NCBI GenBank assembly: GCA_001794215.1
Contig: MGJK01000012.1
Location: 80,818-144,817 of the forward strand
Source: Candidatus Yanofskybacteria bacterium RIFCSPHIGHO2_01_FULL_44_24
Lineage (GTDB): Bacteria; Patescibacteriota; Minisyncoccia; 2-02-FULL-40-12; GWA2-44-9
Length of the DNA: 64,000 nucleotides
Direction: 5' to 3'
Shown here: positions 1 through 9,450 of the stretch, in pieces
Layout: each line of letters starts with the position of its first letter
How positions within the stretch are numbered: position 1 is the first letter of the stretch
Notes under the pieces: generated by a model
Told to the model about the DNA's origin: nothing
What the model saw: the letters and a program-made list of their open reading frames with translations, nothing else
Database searches by the model: none
Program-made: the position numbers and the translations under genes

Positions 1-186
1 GGGCGCCATCTTTACAATTAATGATTTAGAGCGAAAATACTATATAACAGGATCGGATATAACAAGATAGCCATTCAAAGAGCAGATAAATGAATGATAG
101 ATCTAGGGGCCGGTTGAATCGATAGGCAAAATAGTGATACAAGGTCATGAGTGATACAAGGTCAGGCGAGGCGGGGAAGGAGTAAC

Positions 187-224
187 TGTTTTATAAACTT
201 ATCGTAAGATAACTTTATAAAACA
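187..224. repeat. Imperfect palindrome upstream of the PaaX-like gene (copy 1 of a flanking direct repeat)
   Basis: tgttttataaa-cttatcgtaagataac-tttataaaaca; a related copy lies at 750-786. Confidence 0.8.
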
Positions 225-237
225 TCATATTTACATC

Positions 238-759
238 ATGAGAGCAGATTTCATACCTCAATTCATAGGCGCCCTTATAGAAATCGGCAAAGAAATCCGG
301 GATATTTGGTCTTGGGAGTCTTTGTACTATAAGGGCATTAGGGTTAAGGGCTACGATCGTAGAAAGTTTTACAATGGTATTAAGAATTTAGAAAACCGCA
401 AATTGTTATATAAACATTCAAATGGCCGGTACGGACTTACAAAAAAAGGACACGGATGGTTTTCTGGTCGTTTACTAAAATTCCATAAAATCAGTCATAC
501 CCAATGGGACGGCAAGTGGCGGATTTTGATTTTTGATATTCCGCAGGAGCTACATAATAAAAGAAATTTACTGAGAGCCAAGCTTAAATCCCTCGGATTT
601 TATATGATTCAGAAGAGCGTATTTGCTTTTCCGTATCCTTGTGAAAAGGAGGTTTCAGCCTATGCCAATTACTTGGGTATCGCCGATTACTTAGATATTA
701 TTACCGCCTATAATTTAGGCATTGGGGAGCAAGCCGCTCGAAAGTTCTTTGCTTTATAA
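238..759 (+). CDS. PaaX-like protein (winged helix plus Cas2-like ferredoxin domain) of the CPR type
   Basis: Motifs WDGKWRILIFDIP and LRAKLKSLGFYMIQKSVF; N-terminal wHTH-like segment LENRKLL...YGLTKKG. Confidence 0.8.
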   Translation: MRADFIPQFIGALIEIGKEIRDIWSWESLYYKGIRVKGYDRRKFYNGIKNLENRKLLYKHSNGRYGLTKKGHGWFSGRLLKFHKISHTQWDGKWRILIFDIPQELHNKRNLLRAKLKSLGFYMIQKSVFAFPYPCEKEVSAYANYLGIADYLDIITAYNLGIGEQAARKFFAL

Positions 760-786
760 TCTTATCGTACGCTATTTTATAAAGCA
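750..786. repeat. Imperfect palindrome overlapping the stop of the PaaX-like gene (copy 2)
   Basis: tgctttataa-tcttatcgtacgctatt-ttataaagca; shares core cttatcgta and arms with 187-224. Confidence 0.8.
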
Positions 787-847
787 TTAAATTTTTGATG
801 ATGTTTTGTATTTGATCTGGGGAATCCTTTTGGTATAATTGTAAAGT

Positions 848-1174
848 ATGAAAATTGATATGTATGCAAAAAATATGAGTTTAGACGGGCCGCTTAGGGT
901 CTTTATCGAAGATAGAATAGGCGGATTAGGAAAGTTTATCGGTAAAGGGCCGGTTGAGGCCCGGGTTGAGATAGGGCTTCCGTCAAAGCATCATCAGTCC
1001 GGCAAGATTTATTATGCCGAGGTTAATTTGAATATGGGCGGGAAACTGTTGCGGGCCACCTGTCAGCATGAAGATCTCCGCAACGCTATCGTTGATGTTA
1101 AGAATGAGCTGCAGAGACAGATCAAAAAGTTCAAAGACAAGAGGAAAGACTTATCAAGAACGCCCCATAAATGA
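848..1174 (+). CDS. hpf: Ribosome hibernation promoting factor (HPF/RaiA family)
   Basis: YAEVNL...LRA...EDLRNAIVDVKNELQRQIKKFK pattern; conserved position upstream of secA. Confidence 0.85.
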   Translation: MKIDMYAKNMSLDGPLRVFIEDRIGGLGKFIGKGPVEARVEIGLPSKHHQSGKIYYAEVNLNMGGKLLRATCQHEDLRNAIVDVKNELQRQIKKFKDKRKDLSRTPHK

Positions 1175-1197
1175 TGGGGCTGTTTAATATTCGGACC

Positions 1198-3942
1198 ATG
1201 TCGATATTAGGTAAAATATTCGGTGATGCTAATGAGCGATACATCAAATCGCTTCAGCCGACAGTCGATCGGATCAATGAACTCGAAAAAGAATACGAGA
1301 AGCTTTCAGACGAAGAGCTAAAAGCCGAAAGCCTAAAGTTTAAAGCCAGATTGGCCGAAGGAGAAACTCTTGATGACATTCTTCCTAAAGCGTTTACGGC
1401 GGTTCGGGAAGCTTCAAAAAGAACTTTGGGCCAGAGGCATTTCGATGTTCAGTTAATGGGAGGGATCTCTTTGCATCGGGGGAAGATAGCCGAGATGCGC
1501 ACCGGAGAAGGAAAGACCCTTGTAGCGACATTACCGGCGTATCTTAACGCTCTTACCGGAAAAGGAGTCCATTTGGTCACGGTTAATGATTATTTGGCTC
1601 GTCGTGATGGAGCCTGGATGGGTCAGATTTATAATGCCCTTGGCTTATCGGTAGGATGTATCAACCACGACTCGAGCTATCTCTATGACGAAAGCCATAC
1701 AAAAAATCCTAAATCCAAAATCCTAAATCCTAAATCCAAAACAGCTTCCAATTCAGAGAGTTCGGATTTAGATATTAGTGCTTTGGATTTGGACCACGAG
1801 CGTGATACGCTTGGGTCCTTCCATGTCGTTCATGAATTTTTAAGGCCGGTATCAAGACGCGAAGCCTATAGCGCGGATATTACTTACGGGACAAACAATG
1901 AGTACGGTTTTGATTATCTGAGAGATAATATGGTTCACAGTTCGGAGCAGATGGTTCAGCGCCAGGGAGGACATAATTTTGCCATTGTCGATGAAGTGGA
2001 CTCCATTTTAATTGATGAAGCCCGGACTCCTTTGATTATTTCCGCTCCCGATACAGATTCCACGAAATTGTACGAGACTTTTTCCAGGGTGGTGCCGAGA
2101 TTGGTTGAAAATCAGGATTATAACGTCGATGAAAAGTTAAAGGCAGTTTCCATAACCGAAAGCGGGATCGAAAAGGTTGAAAAGATGTTAAACCTCTCAA
2201 ATATCTATGAGGAAGGCGGCGTTCGCTATGTGCATCATTTAGAGCAAGCCCTAAAGGCCAATATATTATTTAAGCGTGACAAGGATTATGTGGTAAAGGA
2301 CGGTGAAATTATCATTGTCGACGAATTCACCGGACGGTTAATGCCCGGCCGGAGGTGGTCAGAGGGTCTTCATCAGGCTGTCGAAGCCAAAGAAGGCGTA
2401 AGCGTTCAGAAAGAATCCCGCACATTGGCTACTATCACATTTCAGAATTATTTTCGTTTATATAAAAAGCTTGGAGGTATGACCGGAACCGGGCAGACGT
2501 CGGCCGAGGAATTTCATAAAGTTTACAACATCGATGTGGTGACCATCCCGACCAATAAGCCGATGATGCGTCAGGACCATCCGGATATGATTTACAAGAA
2601 TGAAGTCGGAAAGTTCCGGGCTATTGTCAATGAAATTAAAGCGAGAAACCAAAAAGGCCAGCCTGTTCTTGTCGGCACCGTTTCCATAGATAAAAATGAA
2701 ACTCTTTCCATGATGTTAAGGCGGGAAGGAATTGAGCATAATATTCTGAATGCAAAGAATCACGAGAAAGAGGCAGAAATTATCGCTCAGGCCGGGCGAG
2801 CCGGAGGAGTAACCGTCGCTACAAACATGGCCGGCCGGGGAGTGGACATAATTTTAGGAGGCAATCCTTCTGATCCGGAAGAAGCTAAAAGGGTGCGTGA
2901 TCTTGGCGGTCTTCATGTCATTGGAACGGAGCGTCATGAGGCTCGAAGAATTGACGATCAGCTCAGGGGCAGGGCCGGCAGGCAGGGTGATCCCGGATCT
3001 TCCCAATTTTTCATTTCCACTGAAGACGAAGTCGCAAGGATATTCGGCGGAGACAGGATGAAGAACATCATGGAGACCCTGGGGGTGGGGGAGGATGATG
3101 TCATCCAGAATAGTTTTATTTCTCGGGCCATACAGCAGGCTCAGTCGAAAATTGAGGGGCACAATTTTGATATCAGAAAATATGTTCTTGAATACGATGA
3201 TGTGATGAATAAGCATCGGGAGACGATTTATGGGTTAAGGAAGAGCGTCTTGTTTTCGGAAGATAATCGGGAAGTTGTCAGGGGATATCTGCGCAATCAG
3301 ATCAATAACTTAGTGGATTTTCACTTGGCAGAATCACAGGTCAACTCTGATAACGGAATAAATGTTAAGGAAATAGCCGAGTCCGTTAAGTCGATGGCCG
3401 GAATTGAACTTTCTTCACAGCTAACTGAAGTCGTTGAAGAGAATGATCCTGAAAAAATAAAGGACCTGATAAATGAACAACTCGAAGCCGCGTACAATAC
3501 GAAAGAAAAAGAAGTCGGAGCCGATAATATGAGGCGCCTTGAGAAGCTGGTTCTCTTAAGAACCGCGGACGAACTATGGGTTGATCATATTGATGCCATG
3601 GAATATTTGCGGGACTCGGTAAGATTGAGAGCCTACGGTCAGCGCGATCCGTTAGTGGAGTATAAGATTGAAGGCCAGAAGATGTTTGAACAACTCACTC
3701 AATCGTTAGAGTCACAGGTTGCCAACCTCATATTTAAAGTCGGATTTATCGAGAAGCCTCGTGAGGTTAAGGTGGAAGAAAGAAGGCCCAATATTCTGAA
3801 TGATGAATTAAGAAGCAAGAATAATGATTCGGATAAACAAAATCATAGTTCTAAGACCCAATCTCATAATTCATCTTTAGGCCGGAATGATCCTTGTTTC
3901 TGTGGATCGGGGAAGAAGTATAAGAAATGCCATGGTAAGTAA
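1198..3942 (+). CDS. secA: Preprotein translocase subunit SecA
   Basis: MRTGEGKT, DEVDSILIDEARTPLIIS, ATNMAGRG, C-terminal GRNDPCFCGSGKKYKKCHG; start chosen at MSILGKIFG. Confidence 0.99.
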   Translation: MSILGKIFGDANERYIKSLQPTVDRINELEKEYEKLSDEELKAESLKFKARLAEGETLDDILPKAFTAVREASKRTLGQRHFDVQLMGGISLHRGKIAEMRTGEGKTLVATLPAYLNALTGKGVHLVTVNDYLARRDGAWMGQIYNALGLSVGCINHDSSYLYDESHTKNPKSKILNPKSKTASNSESSDLDISALDLDHERDTLGSFHVVHEFLRPVSRREAYSADITYGTNNEYGFDYLRDNMVHSSEQMVQRQGGHNFAIVDEVDSILIDEARTPLIISAPDTDSTKLYETFSRVVPRLVENQDYNVDEKLKAVSITESGIEKVEKMLNLSNIYEEGGVRYVHHLEQALKANILFKRDKDYVVKDGEIIIVDEFTGRLMPGRRWSEGLHQAVEAKEGVSVQKESRTLATITFQNYFRLYKKLGGMTGTGQTSAEEFHKVYNIDVVTIPTNKPMMRQDHPDMIYKNEVGKFRAIVNEIKARNQKGQPVLVGTVSIDKNETLSMMLRREGIEHNILNAKNHEKEAEIIAQAGRAGGVTVATNMAGRGVDIILGGNPSDPEEAKRVRDLGGLHVIGTERHEARRIDDQLRGRAGRQGDPGSSQFFISTEDEVARIFGGDRMKNIMETLGVGEDDVIQNSFISRAIQQAQSKIEGHNFDIRKYVLEYDDVMNKHRETIYGLRKSVLFSEDNREVVRGYLRNQINNLVDFHLAESQVNSDNGINVKEIAESVKSMAGIELSSQLTEVVEENDPEKIKDLINEQLEAAYNTKEKEVGADNMRRLEKLVLLRTADELWVDHIDAMEYLRDSVRLRAYGQRDPLVEYKIEGQKMFEQLTQSLESQVANLIFKVGFIEKPREVKVEERRPNILNDELRSKNNDSDKQNHSSKTQSHNSSLGRNDPCFCGSGKKYKKCHGK
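1701..1792. repeat. In-frame heptamer-repeat hairpin inside secA
   Basis: (WAAATCC)x5 left arm; complementary ggattta/gatatta/ggatttg right arm; encodes KNPKSKILNPKSK...SDLDISALDLD. Confidence 0.8.
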
Positions 3943-3948
3943 AATAGT

Positions 3949-4605
3949 ATGGTTAATAAAGAAAAATTAGGCGAGCCGATTGGGGTTGGCGGGGAGAAAA
4001 AAGTATACCAAGACCCGAAAAACCCTGATCGAGTAGTGGGAATTTTTAGAGAGCATATCGAAGAAACGCCCAATCAGATTAAAGCTCGATTTTATCTTAC
4101 AAAAATCCTGCACCTCTTATTTCCCAAAAATATCCCCGACATGCATTGGGCCGGAAGTGAGCCTAATGCATATCAGGCAGATAGAAAAGAGCACGACGAA
4201 AGGCATGCCACATTACGAGATTATGTGTTGTCCGGGGAGGGCGATAAATATATAGGTATGTCCGTTGAGGTCAAGAAAGACTTAGAAAGAAAAGCGGACG
4301 ACGCTTTCCAGGAGCATATAAAAGATAAGGATGTAAGAAGTTTCGTAGATAGGTTGGATGAATTAGGGATCAGGTCAACCGATATGGCATCAGTTAACTT
4401 TTCGAAAGACCCCGGGGGTAACGTCTTATATCTCGATACTTTTTATGTCTGGAAAAGGAACATGTATGACAGGCTCCAATTATTTTGTGATTTCGATAAA
4501 TTAGAGAACGCATTTGCGCAGTTGCCAGAGGCCGATCGGGCGAAGGCCAAGAATTATTTATCACGATTGAAAAAACTTTATGAGGAAGAAAGTAATTCCA
4601 AATAA
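3949..4605 (+). CDS. Hypothetical protein, possibly protein-kinase-like fold
   Basis: IGVGGEKKVY glycine-rich start and DMASVNF...LYLDT resemble kinase motifs. Confidence 0.5.
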   Translation: MVNKEKLGEPIGVGGEKKVYQDPKNPDRVVGIFREHIEETPNQIKARFYLTKILHLLFPKNIPDMHWAGSEPNAYQADRKEHDERHATLRDYVLSGEGDKYIGMSVEVKKDLERKADDAFQEHIKDKDVRSFVDRLDELGIRSTDMASVNFSKDPGGNVLYLDTFYVWKRNMYDRLQLFCDFDKLENAFAQLPEADRAKAKNYLSRLKKLYEEESNSK

Positions 4606-4630
4606 TTTCTCTAATTATACAAAAGATGCC

Positions 4631-5584
4631 ATGGGAAGTAATAAAATAAAAGTGGTTGTTACCGGCGGAGCCGGATTTATCGGCTCTAATTTAGTTGATG
4701 CCTTGGTAGGCGAAGGCTTTGATGTCCATGTGATTGATAATCTATCGAATGGAAAAAGGGGGAATGTAAATAAGAAGGCTCAACTGCATATTCAGGATAT
4801 TGCTGATATTAAAAACATCCAGCCGATAATAAACGGCGCCGAATATGTTTTTCATTTAGCGGCACTGCCTCGGGTTCAGTATTCCATCGAGAACCCCATC
4901 GAAAGCGATACGGCTAATGTAAGGGGGACGTTGAATGTCCTGGTTGCCTCTAAGAATGCCGGCGTAAAAAGAGTTATATATTCGGCCTCAAGCTCTGCCT
5001 ATGGCGACCAAAAGAAAATGCCACTCAAAGAGACAATGACCCCTTCTCCCAAAAGCCCCTACGGACTTCAAAAATATATTGGCGAATTATATTGTAAACT
5101 ATGGAGCGAAATTTATGGCTTACCGACTGTTTGTTTGCGCTACTTTAACGTTTACGGTCCTCGCCAGAATTCAGAAGGAGCCTATGCGCTTGTGATTGCT
5201 AAGTTTTTTAAGCAGTTATCCGGCGGTAAACCGATGACGATAACGGGCGACGGAAAACAAACCAGGGACTTCACGAGCGTCCATGATATTGTTCGGGCAA
5301 ATATTTTGGCTATGAAAAGCAATAAGGTGGGCAGGGGAGAGTCTATTAATATCGGGGCCGGCAGGAACCAGTCGATAGATGAAATAGCCCGGCTAATCGG
5401 CGGACCTAAGAAATATATTTCAGCCCGGCTGGAACCTCATGACACTTTAGCCGACAACTCTTTGGCCCAACAACTTTTAGGCTGGAGGCCGAAGGTTAGT
5501 ATTGAAGATGGGATAGAAGAATTAAAGAGCCACCCCTGTCTGTGCGGTTCTATGGAAAAGTTTAAAGAGTGTCATGGGATATAA
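4631..5584 (+). CDS. NAD-dependent nucleotide-sugar epimerase/dehydratase with a C-terminal SEC-C motif
   Basis: VTGGAGFIGS, YGLQK, LRYFNVYGPRQ; ends HPCLCGSMEKFKECHG. Confidence 0.92.
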   Translation: MGSNKIKVVVTGGAGFIGSNLVDALVGEGFDVHVIDNLSNGKRGNVNKKAQLHIQDIADIKNIQPIINGAEYVFHLAALPRVQYSIENPIESDTANVRGTLNVLVASKNAGVKRVIYSASSSAYGDQKKMPLKETMTPSPKSPYGLQKYIGELYCKLWSEIYGLPTVCLRYFNVYGPRQNSEGAYALVIAKFFKQLSGGKPMTITGDGKQTRDFTSVHDIVRANILAMKSNKVGRGESINIGAGRNQSIDEIARLIGGPKKYISARLEPHDTLADNSLAQQLLGWRPKVSIEDGIEELKSHPCLCGSMEKFKECHGI

Positions 5585-6110
5585 AAACATGGTTGGATTA
5601 AAACGAGGAATGGTAAAATTAGTACCGCATAATCCCGAATGGGACGAGTTGTTTCAGTCGGAGAGGATGAAGTTACTTAAAGTATTTGGTGATCTTGTTG
5701 TGGATATCCAACACATAGGCAGTACCGCAATTCCCACCATACCAGCGAAGCCCATAATTGATATTGCCATTTTGGTGAAATTGCTTAAAGAAGTTAATAA
5801 TTATGTAGAAAAGATAGGGAGGTTAGGATATCAAAAAAAGCAGGAAAATAGACCAGAAAGATTGTTTTTTACGAAAGGGCCAGAAGACAATAGAATTGTT
5901 TACCTGCATGTTGGGGACGATAGTACGAATTACATTAAGGATATGATTCTATTTCGAGATTACCTGATACAGAATCCAAGGGAAGCTAAAAGATACGCAG
6001 ATTTTAAACAGGAATTGGCAGAAAAATTTGCAGATAATCGTGAACCATATACTGCCGCGAAAGAAAAGTTCGTTCAGGAAGCGATTGATAGGGCGAAGGC
6101 GTCAAGGTAA
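5574..6110 (+). CDS. GrpB/UPF0157 family nucleotidyltransferase-like protein
   Basis: HIGSTAIP..AKPIIDI, FRDYL, YTAAKEKFV. Confidence 0.9.
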   Translation: MGYKNMVGLKRGMVKLVPHNPEWDELFQSERMKLLKVFGDLVVDIQHIGSTAIPTIPAKPIIDIAILVKLLKEVNNYVEKIGRLGYQKKQENRPERLFFTKGPEDNRIVYLHVGDDSTNYIKDMILFRDYLIQNPREAKRYADFKQELAEKFADNREPYTAAKEKFVQEAIDRAKASR

Positions 6111-6126
6111 ATAAAAAAGCCCGAAT

Positions 6127-6294
6127 TCATCGGTCTGGGAACAGGCGATCTTTGATGGGAGCAATGCGCTGGGCTCTTTCGCGTACGTCTTCTTCGTCCA
6201 GTTCATCGGTGGGCCGGCCATTCCATAATATTTCAATTTGTTGATCAGAATAATCGTATTCTTTCAGTATTTCTGCGAATCTTTCTCGAGTCAT
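6127..6294 (-). CDS. Small hypothetical protein (55 aa), not in the ORF track
   Basis: Manual translation MTRERFAEILKEYDYSDQQIEILWNGRPTDELDEEDVRERAQRIAPIKDRLFPDR; GGAGA RBS and TTGACC/TAGAAT-like promoter upstream. Confidence 0.6.
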   Translation of the reverse strand: MTRERFAEILKEYDYSDQQIEILWNGRPTDELDEEDVRERAQRIAPIKDRLFPDR

Positions 6295-6381
6295 TCCATG
6301 TCTCCAGAAAATCTAAATTCGCATGAGGATTCTATCAGATCAAGTTCGGACGGTCAATAAATACCGAAATTAATAAATGTC

Positions 6382-6876
6382 ATGGATTATCTAAAAGATC
6401 AAAAAGAAAAAGATGCCATCAAGTGGATGAATCAAGCGGCCAAGATGGCCGAGAAGGCTTTGTGTTTCAAGGCCAAGTGCGGAACGGTTATCGTGAAAGA
6501 CGGCGAGGTTATCGGCGAGGGGTACAATGCGCCGCCATTGGATAGGGAAGAAAATAGAACATGCGATAAGGAGTTCGGTTTTGGCAAGCCTAAGTATGAC
6601 CGAACTTGTTGTATGCATGCTGAGTGGAGAGCTATTATGGATGCCTTAAAGACTAATCCTGAGAAAATAATGGGATCGAAGCTTTACTTCACGAGAGTAG
6701 ACAACGGCGGGAAGCTTAAAAAGTCCGGCAAGCCTTATTGTACTGTCTGCAGTCGCATGGCTTTGGATGCGGGGATTGATAAATTTATTTTGTGGCATGA
6801 AAAGGGGATATGCGAATATGACACCGAGGAATATAACAGGCTTTCCTACGGTTATGTTCATGAAAATCGAATATAA
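6382..6876 (+). CDS. dCMP/cytidine deaminase family protein
   Basis: GYN, HAE and PYCTVC zinc-binding motifs. Confidence 0.9.
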   Translation: MDYLKDQKEKDAIKWMNQAAKMAEKALCFKAKCGTVIVKDGEVIGEGYNAPPLDREENRTCDKEFGFGKPKYDRTCCMHAEWRAIMDALKTNPEKIMGSKLYFTRVDNGGKLKKSGKPYCTVCSRMALDAGIDKFILWHEKGICEYDTEEYNRLSYGYVHENRI

Positions 6877-6897
6877 AGGCTAAGAAAAAATTATCTT

Positions 6898-7135
6898 GAG
6901 GGCACGGTGTAAAAGTCACTCAGCCTTGGCTTATTCGAGGTACGCCATAAAGACGCTTTGCTTCAACCTATTCAGGGCACGGCATAGATTTTTGCTAAAA
7001 TCTTGCCTTTTACTCCCGCCAGTCGCGGTCCGTAAATCCCTTCATAGGTTGAAGCCTCGCTTAGGGTTTTAAATAAAGGTCAGCGCAAATCCTCTCATAA
7101 GCCAAGGCTTCGTTATTATTTTCCGCAAGTCCCTC
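6898..7135 (+). repeat. Nested modular intergenic repeat, copy 1
   Basis: Three nested AGGGCACGGYRTAAA / CGYAAATCCCT-type arm pairs; 6965-7042 matches the reverse complement of 48424-48501 at 76/78 nt. Confidence 0.9.
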
Positions 7136-7183
7136 TAAATAGCTCTTCTTTGCTATATAATAGTTGATATCAAGCCAATAAAT

Positions 7184-7381
7184 ATGAGGCCGATACTTTG
7201 GGGAATAATTGTTCTGGTTCTTAGCGCAATCGGATGGGTAATCTCCGTGGTTTTGAATGTGGTCACCTTGGGCAGTTTAAGGTGGGTCAGCAATATGTTC
7301 GGCATAATTGCTCTGTTCAGCATACCCGCGTCCGTAATATGGGAAATTATCAGAAAAAAGAGGGTTAGGCCGGGAGATTAG
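7184..7381 (+). CDS. Small two-TM membrane protein
   Basis: Two hydrophobic stretches and a basic tail; TATAAT upstream. Confidence 0.6.
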   Translation: MRPILWGIIVLVLSAIGWVISVVLNVVTLGSLRWVSNMFGIIALFSIPASVIWEIIRKKRVRPGD

Positions 7382-7447
7382 CCCGATGCATCAAGGCGTG
7401 GATAAGATCTTTGCCGTTAGCCGGCTCTTTTGATACAATGAGACCGT

Positions 7448-7864
7448 ATGAAATCCCTGTGGACAATCACCGCTCTTGCGGGTTTCCTGTCCCTCTCTAT
7501 TTTTGGGCTATGGTTAATGCCATATAGTCCGAACCACGATCATCGTTGTTTGGCGGCTTTTATTAATAACGCCAAGTCGCCATGTCCCGAGGAAGATCCT
7601 ATGGGATTTGCCAATTTTCACGGCGGTGCTCTCAAGAAGATAAGCTTAAGCATAGCCGGCGGATTAGAGGATCTGGGTGCGGCGTTCTTTGCCATAGTCC
7701 TGATGCTTGGTTATCTTTTCTGGGCTGATGGAAAGACCGGACTCAAGTTTGCGGGGCCATATTGTTATCAATCCGTATCGGCCAATCCTTCGCCCCCTGC
7801 GGCAGAGTTAGTTTGGTTAGCCCTTCATGAAAACAGCGGTCCAGGGCCTGCATATTTTAGATAG
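7448..7864 (+). CDS. Hypothetical membrane protein
   Basis: Two TM segments, HDHRC...CP motif, C-terminal WLALHENS. Confidence 0.6.
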   Translation: MKSLWTITALAGFLSLSIFGLWLMPYSPNHDHRCLAAFINNAKSPCPEEDPMGFANFHGGALKKISLSIAGGLEDLGAAFFAIVLMLGYLFWADGKTGLKFAGPYCYQSVSANPSPPAAELVWLALHENSGPGPAYFR

Positions 7865-8053
7865 CTTTCGATGGAGACGCGATCATCATTCGTTGGCTAT
7901 CTAAAACTTGGAGGCCTTTTTGTTTTCAAAGACAGCCGTAAATGATCAAAAACATATTACAAAATCCGATAAAAACTCTTGCCCTTTCCGGAACTATAGT
8001 TGCCGGAATAGTGTTTTTGGCGGAGGTTATAATCATGTTCAGAAATCTATAAA

Positions 8054-8680
8054 ATGAATTACAAAACCAGGCAGTTACTAAAAAGGGGCGGGTTCTTAGT
8101 GGGTTTTGGCCTGCTGATCTTCGTAATCTATTGGACAAGCCAGAGCCTGTCTAAGCTTCAAGATTCTACGTCAGGCGGCCTTATACCCAAGGAATCTGTG
8201 GCTACTTTGGTGGAGTACAGCGATTTTCAGTGTCCGGCATGCGGACTTTATTATCCTTTCGTGAAACAGCTTAAAGAAGAAATGGGTGATAAGTTGGCCG
8301 TAGTTTATAAGCACTTTCCTTTGCGGACAATACACAAAAATGCTGATTTGGCTGCCCGGGCTTCGGAAGCGGCCCGATTGCAGGGTAGGTTTTGGGAGAT
8401 GCACAATATGATTTTTGAAAAACAAAAAGAATGGTCTGACTCCGATCAGGTTCTTTCCCTTATGACTGCTTATGCCGTTTCTTTGAGGATTGATCAGGAC
8501 AGATTCTTGGCCGATATTAATTCCAATACGGCCAGAGACAGGATTGACAACGATTATCAGGAGGGGATGCGCTTGGGAGTCAGGGGTACTCCGACGTTCT
8601 TTCTGAACGGCAAAAAAATAATTAATCCGAGAAGCTATGATGAATTTAAATCAATCGTTGAACAATCAATCCGGCGGTAA
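8054..8680 (+). CDS. DsbA-family thiol-disulfide oxidoreductase
   Basis: EYSDFQCPAC, GVRGTPTFFLNG, N-terminal anchor. Confidence 0.95.
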   Translation: MNYKTRQLLKRGGFLVGFGLLIFVIYWTSQSLSKLQDSTSGGLIPKESVATLVEYSDFQCPACGLYYPFVKQLKEEMGDKLAVVYKHFPLRTIHKNADLAARASEAARLQGRFWEMHNMIFEKQKEWSDSDQVLSLMTAYAVSLRIDQDRFLADINSNTARDRIDNDYQEGMRLGVRGTPTFFLNGKKIINPRSYDEFKSIVEQSIRR

Positions 8681-9134
8681 GCTATGGCTTAGAGTTATTA
8701 CCATTGTCGCGCTGATCGGGGTGGCCGATACGGTTTATCTAACCGCAGATCGTTACTTCGGGACAGGGGTTCAGTGTTTTCTTTTGGAGGGATGCGAGAT
8801 CGTGCTGAAGAGTCCGTATTCCGAGATGTTCAGCATACCGCTATCTGTTTTCGGCCTCTTATTCTACGGTGCGATTTTTATCTTGGCCAATATAGCCGAT
8901 ATATACCGCCAGCGGATCCTTGTTCAGCTGTTATTCGGAGCCGGTGTAGTCGGATTTATTTTCTCACTTTACTTTCTTTATCTGCAATTGTTCATTATTA
9001 AGGCCCTATGTCCGTATTGCCTTGCGTCTCTTGCCTCGTCGACTGTTATTTTTGTCTCTGCTTTTGTCTTATGGAAGAGGGGCTTTGGCGGCGGATCGGC
9101 CGGCGTTCATAACTCATACCAGATAACACCATGA
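8637..9134 (+). CDS. Vitamin K epoxide reductase (VKOR) family protein
   Basis: C...GCEIVLKSPYS and LCPYC motifs; follows DsbA. Confidence 0.93.
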   Translation: MMNLNQSLNNQSGGKLWLRVITIVALIGVADTVYLTADRYFGTGVQCFLLEGCEIVLKSPYSEMFSIPLSVFGLLFYGAIFILANIADIYRQRILVQLLFGAGVVGFIFSLYFLYLQLFIIKALCPYCLASLASSTVIFVSAFVLWKRGFGGGSAGVHNSYQITP

Positions 9135-9385
9135 ACATCGTCTATCGCATATTTAGAATTTCATTCTTCGTTTTCTTGGATGTAAGCGGTATTTTACTCG
9201 GGATATTTCTGATTATGCTGGGGTCGGCTATGATATTAGGCTTGGAGGTCGCAGGTTGGATAGGCTGGGTCGTGCTGATACTCGGAATTTGCGCTTTTTT
9301 GCTGCATGTCGGTCATTACTTCAGCTTAAGATATATGCGCTGGACCTTCGGAGAAGATTACTTTGTTCAAAAAATTAAGAAATAA
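9131..9385 (+). CDS. Small membrane protein
   Basis: Hydrophobic ORF overlapping the VKOR stop. Confidence 0.6.
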   Translation: MNIVYRIFRISFFVFLDVSGILLGIFLIMLGSAMILGLEVAGWIGWVVLILGICAFLLHVGHYFSLRYMRWTFGEDYFVQKIKK

Positions 9386-9450
9386 AAATTAATTGTTCTG
9401 GGTCGAGGAACAGGCGAAGTTAAATAAAACATTATTAAAATAAAAAACAA

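Noticed and set aside
1-70. 3' end of an upstream CDS
   Set aside because: An open frame ends at TAG 68-70, but it is too short to identify
188-785. CRISPR array (36-bp GTTTTA...AAAAC repeat next to a Cas2-like gene)
   Set aside because: Only two degenerate copies, separated by a whole gene; no spacers, cas1 or effector genes
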